Shown here: piece by piece, positions 28,908 through 38,649 of the stretch
How the letters are laid out: every line of letters starts with the position of its first letter
Numbering within the stretch: the first letter of the stretch is position 1
DNA from: Vicinamibacteria bacterium
Lineage (GTDB): Bacteria > Acidobacteriota > Vicinamibacteria > Marinacidobacterales > Marinacidobacteraceae
Direction: 5' to 3'
Assembly (NCBI GenBank): GCA_965199715.1
Contig: OZ241322.1
Location: 1,824,001 to 1,888,000, forward strand
Length of the DNA stretch: 64,000 nucleotides
Position numbers and translations under genes: made by a program
Notes under the pieces: generated by a model
Told to the model about the DNA's origin: nothing
The model's input: only the letters and a program-made list of their open reading frames with translations
The model's database searches: none

Positions 28908-30355
28908 TTGGCGATGGCCGCGCCCGCCCGAAGCGCGAGCGCGGCGATGGTCAGGCTCGGGTTCACGCCCCCCGATGCGGGAAGGAGGCTGCCGTCGGTC
29001 ACGTGGAGGTTGCGGACGCCGCGGAGACGCCCCTCGGGATCCGCCGGCCCGTCCGCTTCGCTCGCCGCCATCCGGACCGTGCCCACCGCGTGCGAGAAGC
29101 TGCGGATGCGCCAAGTGTGGGTGAAGAGCCCGCCGGCGCGTTTCAGGATGCGGCGGGCGCGGCGCGTCAGGTGGGCGAGGCGCTCCCGGTCCGCCGCCCG
29201 GTAGTCGTGGTCGATGAGCGCTTGACCGTCGTCCCCGATCCGGACCCGGTTCTCCGGGTTCGGTTCGTCCTCGGCCACGCACAGCAGGTTCTGGAGCCGC
29301 TTCACGACCGCGCTCCGCAGGATCAGCCGCGGGAGTCCCCCGGCGGCGTGCCGCACGACCGCGGGGGCCGGCGTGTAGATGTCCTGGATGACTCCGGTGG
29401 CGCGTCCGTCGAGCGCGCGCCGGTCCTCGTAGAAATCGGTGAAGCAGACCTGCTTGTGGAAGTGCTGCTCCGGGTTCGTCTCGAACGGGAAGAGCGCCGC
29501 CACCACCGCGTTGCAATGGCGCATCAGGAACCGGCCGACGAGATCCCCGCCGAGGCCCGAACGCAGCAGCACCCCCGGGCTCCCGAGCGCGCCGGCGGCG
29601 AGAACGAAGTGCGCGGCCTCGAAGCGAAGCGGCTCGCCGGTCCGCCGGTCGGCGGCGTCCACCGCCGCGACCCGGTCCTTGTCCATGACGAGGCGACGGA
29701 CCCGCGTCCCCGGACGCACGGTCGCGCCGAGCGCGGCCGCCCGGCGCAGGATCCGTTCGGCGTCTCCCTTCGCCCGGACCCGGCAGGGGAAGCCGTCGCA
29801 GGTGTTGCAGCGCACGCAGCGGTCGGGGTCGAGCGAAAAGTTGATTGCGAGCGGCAGCGGGAACGGCCGCAGCCCGAGATCCGCGCCGGCCCTCGCGATC
29901 CGTTCCGCCGGCGGGTTCCACGCAAGGCGCGGGAAGGGGAACGCGCCGCTGCGGTCCGGCTCGGCCGGATCGGAGCCGGCGTCGCCGTGGACGAGGAGCT
30001 CCTCCTCGGCGCGGGCGTACCACGGCTCCAGTTCGGAGTAGGGGAACGGCCAGTGGCGGAAGTCCGCCTCCCGCAACCGGAGCGAGGCCGCGCCGTAGAA
30101 GACGGACATCCCGCCGGCGACGACGCTCTGGTGGACCTCCCGGCGCTTGCGGTCGCCCAATTGGCGGACCAGCAGCGGCGTTTCGCCGCGGTACCGCTGG
30201 TCCACGAGGATGGCCCGCGGATCCCAGTCGGTCTCGTCGCGGCGCGCCCAGTCGCCCCGCTCGAGGACGGTGACCTTCGCCCCGGCGCGCGCAAGCTGGA
30301 GCGCGGCGAGGGCGCCGCCGAGACCGGAGCCGATGACGACCGCGTCCGGCAACAC
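28904..30355 (-). CDS. GMC family flavin oxidoreductase
   Basis: GSGLGG, GGMSVFYG, C..C..CDGFPC, HAVGTVRM and GGVNPSLTI motifs. Confidence 0.9.
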   Translation of the reverse strand: MLPDAVVIGSGLGGALAALQLARAGAKVTVLERGDWARRDETDWDPRAILVDQRYRGETPLLVRQLGDRKRREVHQSVVAGGMSVFYGAASLRLREADFRHWPFPYSELEPWYARAEEELLVHGDAGSDPAEPDRSGAFPFPRLAWNPPAERIARAGADLGLRPFPLPLAINFSLDPDRCVRCNTCDGFPCRVRAKGDAERILRRAAALGATVRPGTRVRRLVMDKDRVAAVDAADRRTGEPLRFEAAHFVLAAGALGSPGVLLRSGLGGDLVGRFLMRHCNAVVAALFPFETNPEQHFHKQVCFTDFYEDRRALDGRATGVIQDIYTPAPAVVRHAAGGLPRLILRSAVVKRLQNLLCVAEDEPNPENRVRIGDDGQALIDHDYRAADRERLAHLTRRARRILKRAGGLFTHTWRIRSFSHAVGTVRMAASEADGPADPEGRLRGVRNLHVTDGSLLPASGGVNPSLTIAALALRAGAAIAK

Positions 30356-30359
30356 CGGG

Positions 30360-31166
30360 TCACGCCGCCCCGAGCCGGCCGGTCCCCTCCAGAATCGCGA
30401 GCGCGGCGACGAGCGCGATGATCCCGAGCGCGGCGTAGTGGAGCTCCTCCCGCCGGCGAGTCTCGACCCGGGGCAGGTCCGGCCGGAACTTCCCGGACAT
30501 GTTTCGCTGGATGAACGTCTTGTAGTACTCCACGACGAAGCGCTCGAGCCCGCCGTTCATGTAGATGAGGAGCCCGAGCGGCACGGACGCCCCCATCGGC
30601 GCGAGCAGCCAGAACAGCGGGGCGCACACGGCGAGCACCACGCCGGAACGCTGGAACCGGAGGATCTTGAACCCCTCGAACGGGGCGTCCTTCCACGCTC
30701 CGCCGCCGGCGACGAGGAGCCCGGTGAGGTACGCGACGACCAGATAGCCGAGGAAGCCCTGGACCGGGACGTCGATCATCAGCACGAGGAACACGAGCGA
30801 GACCAGCGCGACTCCCGCGCCCCGCCGGACCGCCTCGCTATGGACCGGGCGCCCGAGGAGCGTGATCCGCGACGGCACGAAGTACTTGGCCTGCGCCTCG
30901 CTTCGGAAGAAGCCCTTCCAGAGTTCGGCGAGGAACCGCTCGAGCCCCATGATGAGGAAGAAGATCTCGACGAAGCCGAACCCGGCGGTCCGTTCGCGCA
31001 ACGCCGGAACGGCGAATGCGACCCCGGCGAGGCCGAACGAGAACCAGACGCTCCTCGGGAACGTGCGGGGCTTGCAGCCCTCCCAGGGCGAGTCCTTGAA
31101 CGCGCCCCACAGCGACGTGTACAGGCCGGATACGGCCGCCGTCGCGGCGAGGGCCAGGGCGCCCAA
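30360..31166 (-). CDS. Uncharacterised membrane protein with an internal duplication
   Basis: Multiple TM segments; two copies of GA(F/W)KD(S/A)P(W/F)EG..F.RS...GLERF..E..K.F. Confidence 0.75.
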   Translation of the reverse strand: MGALALAATAAVSGLYTSLWGAFKDSPWEGCKPRTFPRSVWFSFGLAGVAFAVPALRERTAGFGFVEIFFLIMGLERFLAELWKGFFRSEAQAKYFVPSRITLLGRPVHSEAVRRGAGVALVSLVFLVLMIDVPVQGFLGYLVVAYLTGLLVAGGGAWKDAPFEGFKILRFQRSGVVLAVCAPLFWLLAPMGASVPLGLLIYMNGGLERFVVEYYKTFIQRNMSGKFRPDLPRVETRRREELHYAALGIIALVAALAILEGTGRLGAA

Positions 31167-31169
31167 GGT

Positions 31170-33404
31170 CTACCGGTAGATGTCGAACTGCCGCGTGTAC
31201 TTGACGGTGAGGCTGCGGTTCTGCGGTCCGATGAGCGTGTCGCCGAGTCCTTCGGTGTCGTTGTACACGACGAACAGTCCGGTGCCCGCGGTGTTCAGCC
31301 AGTTGAACCGGACGTTCGACGACCAGACGTCGGCGTCGTCGTTGTACTGGAAGAGCGCCTGCAGGTAGATCAGCGGCGTGAAGTTGTACGCGACCCGGAA
31401 CCGGCCCAGGTTGGCGACGAACGAACCCTCGGCGAGGTCGATGTCGTTGTAGAGCCACGACGCCGAGGTGATGAGCTGCGTGCCCCAGCGGAAGTTGATC
31501 GTGTTGTCGATCGTGCGCTGGTTTCCGGAAAGGAAGCCGCCGTAGTCGAGCCCGCCGGAGTAGGAGAACGCGTCGGCTCGGTTCGTGTTCCATCGCCAGC
31601 CGAGTTGCCAGTGCTCGTAGGTGCCCGTGGGAACCACGATGCCCTCGCGGATCTCGAACGGCTCCCGGAGTCCCTCGGTGACCCGGTTGATCGCCGGGCT
31701 GAGGTACCAGCCGTTCTCGAAATCGAAGTGGCTGTCCACGTGGAGCCGGGCGGTCTCGAGGAAGCCGTCGAGCGTCTTGAAGCCGGAGTAGGTGATGTGG
31801 GGACGCAGCTCCCGGAAGATCGGCGCCCAGTCGGGCCGGTGGTACGAGAAGTAGCCCCAGTCGGTCCCCCGGTAGGCGGTGCGGCGCAGGAACCCGGCCT
31901 CCGGGTTGAAGTTGTCGGCGACCTCGGTGACGCCGTACCAGAGGCGGAGCCGGTTCGAGAAGTACTCGCCCCGGCCGCGCACGGCGTACTGGCCGCCGTC
32001 GAGCTCCTCGTAGCCGGGCGTCTCGGTGCGCGCGGCGAAACCGCTGAAGGTCAGGGTCTCCCCGATGCCCCACTGGGCGTCCATGCCCCACGTCCGGTTC
32101 CAGTTGTCGTCGGCGTTCCCGGTGGCCGCCCGGTTCACGAACATCCCGCCCAGCGAGGATCGCTCGCCGAGCTCCCGGCTCACGCTCATCACGGTGAAGT
32201 TGTTCGCCGCCACGACGCCTGCGACCTCCCGGGTCTGCATGTTGAGGAGGCCCACGTTGTACTCGCCGGCCTTGCCCGACAGGCGGGCGCCGCCAAGGAT
32301 CGGAACCGGCACGCCGCCGGGCCCGATGCCGATGCGCCGGCTGAAGAACAGGTCCACCGAACCCGGCGCTCCCATGGAGAAGTTGCCGGCGTTCTCGAGG
32401 AAGAACGGGCGCTTTTCGGGGAAGAACAGCGCGAAGCGGGTCAGGTTGATCTGCTGGTCGTCCACCTCGACCTGGGCGAAGTCGGTGTTGTAGGTCAGGT
32501 CGAGGTTCAGGCTGGGCGTGATACCGACCTTGGCGTCGACTCCGAAGTCCCAGTTCGTGTTCAGCTCGGTCTCGGCGGAGTAGTCCCGACCCCCGGCGCT
32601 GAGCGCGTAGGGGATCACCTTGAGGTTGCGCGGGCTGGGCAGGTCGAGGCCGTGGATCTCGCCCGCCGAGGACAGCCGGTTGATGTTGTAGCGCCGCTCG
32701 ATCGGCGACCAGTAGGCCTCCTCGCGCTTGCGGCGGATGTTTCGCTGGAAGTTGACGCCCCACGTCTGGGGGCTGTTCCCGTAGCGAAGCGTGCGCAGCG
32801 GAATCGCGAACTCCGCCGACCAGCCGAAGTCGCCGACGTGGGTCCGGACGGTCCAGCTAGCGTCCCAGTTCACGTTGAACCCGCCCCCCGAGCCGATCTG
32901 GGCGCGCCTCGGACCGCCGCCGAAGCCGCCGCCGGTCCCGGCGTTGCTCAACTGGCCGTCGTACTCGAGCCCCGACGGGGTCGTGCCGAAGATGAAGCCG
33001 TTTTGCAGGTCGTGGTAGGTGTCGAACACCACCCGGAAGGAGTCGGTGTCGTCCAGCGAGGAATCCCGCCGGGCGTCGGTGGCGATGATCCCCGAAGGAT
33101 CGCTGTCGTAGAGGATCGCCCCGACGTACACCGCGTCCTCGTCGAAAAGGATGCGCACCTCGGTGCGCTCGGTGGCCGGGCGGCCCTCGAACGGGTTCGC
33201 CTGGACGAAGTCGGTGAACGGAATGGCGTTCTGCCAGACCTCGTCGTCAATCAGGCCGTCAATGAGCGGCGCCTCGACGGCGGAAGCGGCGTTGCCGACC
33301 CGGACGGCGGCGGTCGTTTCGTCCTCGTCCGAAGCGCGCGTCGCGGAGGGAACCGCCAGCGCCGCAAGCAGAAGAAGCGTCGATCCCAATCGGAGCACTG
33401 CCAT
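31170..33404 (-). CDS. CBM9-like + DUF5916 exported/outer-membrane protein
   Basis: Signal peptide, IDG.IDDEVW, NTDFAQVEVD..QINLTRF.LFFPEKRPFFLENAG, LFFSRRIG and beta-barrel-like C-terminus; alternative start at 33425. Confidence 0.85.
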   Translation of the reverse strand: MAVLRLGSTLLLLAALAVPSATRASDEDETTAAVRVGNAASAVEAPLIDGLIDDEVWQNAIPFTDFVQANPFEGRPATERTEVRILFDEDAVYVGAILYDSDPSGIIATDARRDSSLDDTDSFRVVFDTYHDLQNGFIFGTTPSGLEYDGQLSNAGTGGGFGGGPRRAQIGSGGGFNVNWDASWTVRTHVGDFGWSAEFAIPLRTLRYGNSPQTWGVNFQRNIRRKREEAYWSPIERRYNINRLSSAGEIHGLDLPSPRNLKVIPYALSAGGRDYSAETELNTNWDFGVDAKVGITPSLNLDLTYNTDFAQVEVDDQQINLTRFALFFPEKRPFFLENAGNFSMGAPGSVDLFFSRRIGIGPGGVPVPILGGARLSGKAGEYNVGLLNMQTREVAGVVAANNFTVMSVSRELGERSSLGGMFVNRAATGNADDNWNRTWGMDAQWGIGETLTFSGFAARTETPGYEELDGGQYAVRGRGEYFSNRLRLWYGVTEVADNFNPEAGFLRRTAYRGTDWGYFSYHRPDWAPIFRELRPHITYSGFKTLDGFLETARLHVDSHFDFENGWYLSPAINRVTEGLREPFEIREGIVVPTGTYEHWQLGWRWNTNRADAFSYSGGLDYGGFLSGNQRTIDNTINFRWGTQLITSASWLYNDIDLAEGSFVANLGRFRVAYNFTPLIYLQALFQYNDDADVWSSNVRFNWLNTAGTGLFVVYNDTEGLGDTLIGPQNRSLTVKYTRQFDIYR

Positions 33405-33511
33405 GGCAGGCGTGAATTTAGCCAATTCCCAAGGGTTTCGGCGGGCGACCCGAAGACGCCATAGTTCGCGCCCGTGTCGGCGCTCCGAGAGCGCCGGAAG
33501 GGAGAGCGTCC

Positions 33512-34288
33512 GTGGCCGGACCCGTCGCGAGCAAGCGGGAATTGCTCGATTTCGCCACTGAGATCGCGTGGGAGGCCGGGCGCCTCGTCATGCGCCACTT
33601 CCAGGTGGGGGTCGGCGTGCAGCGCAAGCCGGACCGCACCCCGGTCACCGAGGCCGACGTCGCCTGCGAGCGGCTGCTGCGCAAGCGCATCCAGTCGCGG
33701 TTCCCCGGCCACCGGGTGCTCGGCGAGGAGGACGGCGAGTCCGGCTCCGATCCGTCCCACCGCTGGATCCTCGACCCCATCGACGGGACCACGTCGTTCA
33801 TCCACGGGACTCCGCTGTTCGGCATCCTGATCGGCCTCGAGGTCGGCGACGAACCCGTCGTCGGCGTGTGCAACCTCGCCGGGATCGCGGAGATGGTCAC
33901 CGGAGCCGTCGGCGAGGGAGCGTTCTGGAACGGGCGCAAGGCGCGGGTCTCGAACGTCACCGAGATGGAGAACGCCCTCGCCACGACCACCGATCCGGCC
34001 ACCATCGGCCCCATCTGGGAGGCCGTGGGGAAGCGGGTCGGCGCCCGCCGCACCTGGGGGGACGCCTTCGGGCACGCGCTGGTGTGCACCGGCCGGTCCG
34101 AGATCGCCCTCGATCCGGAGATGAAGGCGTGGGATTCGTCGCCGTTCCCGCCGATTCTGGAGGAGGCCGGCGGCCGGTTCACCGACTGGAAAGGCAACCG
34201 GACGATCCACGGGCCGAATGCGCTCAGCACCAACGGCGTCTTCCACGACGAGGTGCTGGAGATGCTGGCTCGGGTCAGCGGGCGCTGA
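33512..34288 (+). CDS. hisN: Inositol monophosphatase family, probably histidinol-phosphatase
   Basis: TPVTEAD, GEE, WILDPIDGT, WGD and WD..P..EEAGG motifs. Confidence 0.8.
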   Translation: MAGPVASKRELLDFATEIAWEAGRLVMRHFQVGVGVQRKPDRTPVTEADVACERLLRKRIQSRFPGHRVLGEEDGESGSDPSHRWILDPIDGTTSFIHGTPLFGILIGLEVGDEPVVGVCNLAGIAEMVTGAVGEGAFWNGRKARVSNVTEMENALATTTDPATIGPIWEAVGKRVGARRTWGDAFGHALVCTGRSEIALDPEMKAWDSSPFPPILEEAGGRFTDWKGNRTIHGPNALSTNGVFHDEVLEMLARVSGR

Positions 34289-35660
34289 GCGCCTCGCGCA
34301 CCCGGTCTCCGAACCCCCGCGCCGCCTCCATCACGGCCGCTTCGTCCACGGTCGCGACCGCTCCGTTCTCGACGACGACCCGGCCGTGCACCAGCACGGT
34401 CGAGACGTCGCCCCCCCGCGCCGTGTACACGAGGTGGGAGTAAGGGTTGTAGAGCGGGGTCATCCCGGCGCGCCGGGCGTCCACCAGCACGACGTCGGCG
34501 AGCTTCCCCGGCTCCAACGAGCCGAGGCGGTCCGCCTGTCCGATCACTTCGGCGCTGCCCATGGTGGCCATGCGGAACACGGTCTTCGCCGGAAGCGCGG
34601 TCGGATCCCCCGAGACGAATTTGTGGATCTTGGCGGCCATGTCCATTTCCCCGAACATGTCGAGGTCGTTGTTGCTCGCCGGGCCGTCGGTTCCGAGGCC
34701 GACCGGCACGCCCGCGGCCAGCAGGTCGCGCACCGGGGCGGCGGCCATCTCCGCGAACTTCATGTTGCTCTCCGGGTTGTGGGCGACCCCCGCGCCTCCG
34801 GCGGCGATCCGGGCGACGTCCTCGTCGTTCAGGTGGATCGAGTGCGCGAGCACCGTCCCCGGGCGCAGCGCCCCGATCGAGTCGAGCGCCTCCACGACCC
34901 GCATTCCCGTCATTTCGCGGACCGCGTCGTTCTCGGCCGAACCCTCGGCGACGTGGATCTGGAAGACCGCTCCGTGCTCGTTCGCCACCTTGAGCGCCGC
35001 CTCGACGTCCTTGAGGCTCGTGGTGTAGAGCGCGTGCGCGGACACGCTCGGGATCAGCAGCGGCTCGTCCCGGTGGCGCGCGAAGAAGCCTTCGGCGTGG
35101 GCCATCGATTCGGCGGGAGTCGGGAAGTCCGGCGCCGGAAACCCGATGACGGTGGGGCCGGCGACCGCGCGGACGCCGGCTTCGGTCGTCGCCCGCACCA
35201 CGTCGTCCGGGAAGTAGTACATGTCGGCGAACGTCGTCGTGCCGCTCTTCAGCATCTCGATCGAGGAAAGCAGCGTCCCGGCGTACACGAAGTCGGGCGC
35301 CACGAGCGCCGCCTCCGCCGGGAAGATGGTTTCCTCGAGCCACGTCAGGAGCGGCTCGTCGTCCGCGAGACCGCGCAGCAGCGACATCGCCGCGTGCCCG
35401 TGGGTGTTGATGAGGCCGGGAATGACGATCTGGCCGGTCGCGTCGAGCGTGCGCACGCCGGCGGGGCGGGGCGCCGCCCGGTCCAGCAGGCCGACGATGC
35501 GCTCGCCCTCGACGAGCACCGCGCCGCCGTCGAGCACCGTGCCGGCCTCGTCCATGACGACGACCATTCCGCCGTCGATGAGCAGCCGGGCGGCCTCCGG
35601 CGCGACTTCGGGAGCGCTGCAGGCGGCGAGCGTGAAGGGAAGCGCTGCGATGGATCTCAT
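34275..35660 (-). CDS. Amidohydrolase (MTA/SAH deaminase-like) with a lipoprotein signal
   Basis: LAAC lipobox, PGLINTHGH, HVAE, HNPESNMK and GTDGPASNN motifs. Confidence 0.85.
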   Translation of the reverse strand: MRSIAALPFTLAACSAPEVAPEAARLLIDGGMVVVMDEAGTVLDGGAVLVEGERIVGLLDRAAPRPAGVRTLDATGQIVIPGLINTHGHAAMSLLRGLADDEPLLTWLEETIFPAEAALVAPDFVYAGTLLSSIEMLKSGTTTFADMYYFPDDVVRATTEAGVRAVAGPTVIGFPAPDFPTPAESMAHAEGFFARHRDEPLLIPSVSAHALYTTSLKDVEAALKVANEHGAVFQIHVAEGSAENDAVREMTGMRVVEALDSIGALRPGTVLAHSIHLNDEDVARIAAGGAGVAHNPESNMKFAEMAAAPVRDLLAAGVPVGLGTDGPASNNDLDMFGEMDMAAKIHKFVSGDPTALPAKTVFRMATMGSAEVIGQADRLGSLEPGKLADVVLVDARRAGMTPLYNPYSHLVYTARGGDVSTVLVHGRVVVENGAVATVDEAAVMEAARGFGDRVREALSAR

Positions 35661-37339
35661 GGTTCGTCCTCGGTGAATCGGGCGGTGCGCAGCCGGTTCA
35701 TGGCCGCTGCGATCTCGAAGCGGCGGGGCCGCGCCAGGCGGCCGGGATGTTCGCCCCTCCGGCCGGCCGGCGCGAGCGCGTCGAGCCCGTCGGCGTCGAG
35801 CGTCCCCTCGATCTCGTCCAGCGCCTCGGGGACGGTCCGGCCCATGAAGCGGGCGTCGGCGAGCGCGAGCGCGCGCCCGATGGCGCGCGTCTGGCTGGGG
35901 TCGAGGATCTGGCGGACGCCGCCGAGGCGCACCGTTTCCTCGCCGTAGAGCAGCTCGTCGGACCGGGCGGCCCGGATGCGCGGCCGGCCGCGGCGTCCGG
36001 CGGGATCGAGGCGGAGCGGCGTGCGCGGCCGACTCGGCGGAGGATCGTCGGGCGGCTCCGACGCGCGCCGGGCCGGAATCGCCCGCGCGATCCGGCGGGC
36101 CTCGGCCGTCGCGTCCTCCGCCTGGAAGCGGGTCATCCGGATGACTGCATCGGCGGCGTCGAGGAAATCGCCCGAGCCGCCGGTCACCAGAACGACCGAG
36201 ACGCCGGCCTCGCGCCACCAGCCGATGCGGTCGAGCAGGGGCGTGATGGGTTCGTTCTCCCGGGCGACGAGCGCCTGCATCCGGGCGTCCCGCACGAGCA
36301 GGTTCGTCGCCGAGGAGTCCTCGTCCAGCAGGAGCAATCGGGATCCCGCCTCCAGCGCCTCCAAGATGGACGCAGCCTGGCTGGTGCTGCCGCTCGCGTC
36401 GGCCGTGCGGAACCGAGCGGCGGGGCGCGATCCCGGCAGCGCGCCGAGGAAGGGGCGCAGGTCCACGCCCTGGATGGGACGCCCCTCCTCGGCCTGGACC
36501 GCGACCGCGTCCGCCCGCGTCACGACCCGCTCGCGCCCGTCGCCGGGAACGTGCGGCGCCACGCCGTGGGCCAGCGCCTGGAGGAGCGTGGACTTGCCGT
36601 GGAAGCCGCCGCCCGCTATCACCGTCAGGCCAGCGGGCACGCCCATCCCGGCGACCGTTCCGCCGCCGGGCAGCGGAAGCTCCACTTGAAGCGAGGCGGG
36701 GCTGCGAAACGGCGCGGCTTCCTCCGGGGGCATCGGCCGGTCGCTCGCTCCGTGGGCGCGGGGAAGGATCGCGCCGTCGCCGACGAAGGCGACCAGACCG
36801 CGGCGGCCGAGTTCCGCCCGCAGCCCCTCCTGAAGCTCCACGTCCGCGACGAACCGCTCGGCCGCCTCGAGGTCGAGGTTCGGGAACTGGAGCGCTCGCC
36901 GGGCGATCTCGGGGAGCGTCCCGGTCAGGAGCCGGGCCGCCTCGCCGCCCCGGATGCGCCGCCGCCGCGCGGGCAGCTTGACCTGAAGCCGCGCCTCGAC
37001 CCCGTCCGGGAACGCGATCGCGCTCCGTTCGAGCACCGCCTGCCCGCCGGAGTCCACCGAGACCGCGCCGCCGCTGGCCTGCGCCGTTCGCCGCGCCAGC
37101 CAGTCGGCGAGCGCGATCCGCCGGACGCGGGAGTCGGTGAGCGACTCCGGGACCCGGGCGGCGTCCGCCGCGACCCGCAGGCGGATCCGGGTCGGCGGCG
37201 CGAACGGGTCGGGCGCCACCCGATCCACGAAGAGCGCGATCCCCTCGCCGAGCTCCCACGCGCCGCCGAGCGAGCGATAGGCCCCGTAGCCCTGTCCGTC
37301 GAGCGCCCGGCAGCGGGCGGCGAGGGCGCGCCCGCTCAT
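35657..37339 (-). CDS. ABC-ATPase domain protein (PF09818-like)
   Basis: GGGFHGKST Walker A, GDGRE, ASGSTSQA and LLLDED motifs. Confidence 0.85.
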   Translation of the reverse strand: MSGRALAARCRALDGQGYGAYRSLGGAWELGEGIALFVDRVAPDPFAPPTRIRLRVAADAARVPESLTDSRVRRIALADWLARRTAQASGGAVSVDSGGQAVLERSAIAFPDGVEARLQVKLPARRRRIRGGEAARLLTGTLPEIARRALQFPNLDLEAAERFVADVELQEGLRAELGRRGLVAFVGDGAILPRAHGASDRPMPPEEAAPFRSPASLQVELPLPGGGTVAGMGVPAGLTVIAGGGFHGKSTLLQALAHGVAPHVPGDGRERVVTRADAVAVQAEEGRPIQGVDLRPFLGALPGSRPAARFRTADASGSTSQAASILEALEAGSRLLLLDEDSSATNLLVRDARMQALVARENEPITPLLDRIGWWREAGVSVVLVTGGSGDFLDAADAVIRMTRFQAEDATAEARRIARAIPARRASEPPDDPPPSRPRTPLRLDPAGRRGRPRIRAARSDELLYGEETVRLGGVRQILDPSQTRAIGRALALADARFMGRTVPEALDEIEGTLDADGLDALAPAGRRGEHPGRLARPRRFEIAAAMNRLRTARFTEDEP

Positions 37340-37362
37340 CGGGCGAGTACGATCCCGACGGA

Positions 37363-38343
37363 ATGTCGAAACCGGCGCGGTCCCACTGGATGGACGCCAC
37401 GGCCGAGCTCCGGCGCGACCTCGCGCGGCGGATTCCCGACGAGACGCTGCGCCGGCTCACCCGCAAGCGCCCCGCTGCGCACTTCCTCGTGCTGGCGTGG
37501 CAGATGCTGCTGCTCGCCGGGGCGGGCGCCTTGGCGTGGACGAACCCGTCGTGGCCGGGACTCCTCGCCAGCGTCGTGCTCGGCTTCACGGTGTTCAACT
37601 TCACGGTGATGCTGCACGAGGCGATTCACGGCCTCGTGTTCGCCGCCGGCCGCTGGCCGCGCGCGATGCGCGTCCTCCCGCACCTCTACGCGTTTCCGAG
37701 CGGACTCTCGGCGAGCCAGTTCGCGCGCTGGCACCTCGACCACCACGCCCAGCTCGGCGACTCCGAGCTCGACCCGAAGCGCCATCGGCTCTCCCCGAAG
37801 CGAAACGCCCGCTGGTACAAGGCGCTCTACTTCACGCCGGCGTTGATCCCCATCTACTTCCGCGCCGCCCGCCGGGAAGCCGCGGGCTACCCCGACGCGC
37901 TGCGCGCCCGGATCGCCCGCGAGCGTTCGCTCACGCTCGCCGGCCACGCGCTGATCCTCGCCGCGCTCCTGGCCGTGGGCGGCGCGGGCGTCGCCGCGCG
38001 GACGTACCTCCTGCCCATGTTCGTGGTCTTTCCGGTCGCCTTCGCGCTGAACCGGCTCGGCCAGCACTACGACGTCCGACCGGAGAATCCGGCGCTTTGG
38101 GGCACGCTGATGCGCGCGTCCCGATTCTGGAATCTGGTGTTCCTCTGGTCCGGGCATCACCTCGAACACCATTACTTTCCCCGGGTGCCCTTCTACAACC
38201 TTCCCGCTCTCCGGCGCGCTCTCGCGCCGTTCTTCGAGGAGATCGGAGTGCGGCCCAGCGGCTACGCGCGCCTGCTCCGGAAGTGGTTCATGGACAACCG
38301 GCCCCCCCACACCGACTGGCGGGAATCCCCGTCGGAAGCGTGA
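37363..38343 (+). CDS. Membrane fatty acid desaturase family protein
   Basis: His boxes HEAIH, HLDHH and HLEHH; TM segments. Confidence 0.88.
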   Translation: MSKPARSHWMDATAELRRDLARRIPDETLRRLTRKRPAAHFLVLAWQMLLLAGAGALAWTNPSWPGLLASVVLGFTVFNFTVMLHEAIHGLVFAAGRWPRAMRVLPHLYAFPSGLSASQFARWHLDHHAQLGDSELDPKRHRLSPKRNARWYKALYFTPALIPIYFRAARREAAGYPDALRARIARERSLTLAGHALILAALLAVGGAGVAARTYLLPMFVVFPVAFALNRLGQHYDVRPENPALWGTLMRASRFWNLVFLWSGHHLEHHYFPRVPFYNLPALRRALAPFFEEIGVRPSGYARLLRKWFMDNRPPHTDWRESPSEA

Positions 38344-38360
38344 GAAAGGAAGCAGACGTG

Positions 38361-38633
38361 ATGATCGGAACCGTGAAATGGTACGACCCCGAGCGGCGCG
38401 AGGGATTCCTCCAGCGCGACGAGGGACCCGACGTGCATGTGCCCGAGAGCGCGCTCGCCGAGGGCGGCCCCGGCTTCCTCGTCGAGGGACAGGCGGTGGA
38501 GTTCGAGATGTACTCGGTGACCGGGGGCTTCCGGGCGCGGAACGTGCGTCTCGTGGGGGAGGGGAACGACTGGCCTCACTTGCGCGACCGCGAGCCGGTC
38601 GTGCGTCGGAACCCGAAGCCGACCGCCTCCTGA
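38361..38633 (+). CDS. Cold-shock domain protein (degenerate RNP motifs)
   Basis: GTVKWY...GF...DVHV...L.EGQAVEFE..ARNV; AAAGGA SD upstream. Confidence 0.8.
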   Translation: MIGTVKWYDPERREGFLQRDEGPDVHVPESALAEGGPGFLVEGQAVEFEMYSVTGGFRARNVRLVGEGNDWPHLRDREPVVRRNPKPTAS

Positions 38634-38649
38634 CGCCCGCCAGGCTGGA

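Noticed and set aside
31164-31172. DUF5916 TAG in frame with the next gene (possible read-through fusion)
   Set aside because: DUF5916 ends in a normal barrel-type C-terminus and a TTG start follows; no recoding signal was seen.
33479-33500. CGGCGCTC-CGA-GAGCGCCG hairpin upstream of hisN
   Set aside because: Short GC-rich stem that is likely by chance; no second copy was noticed.
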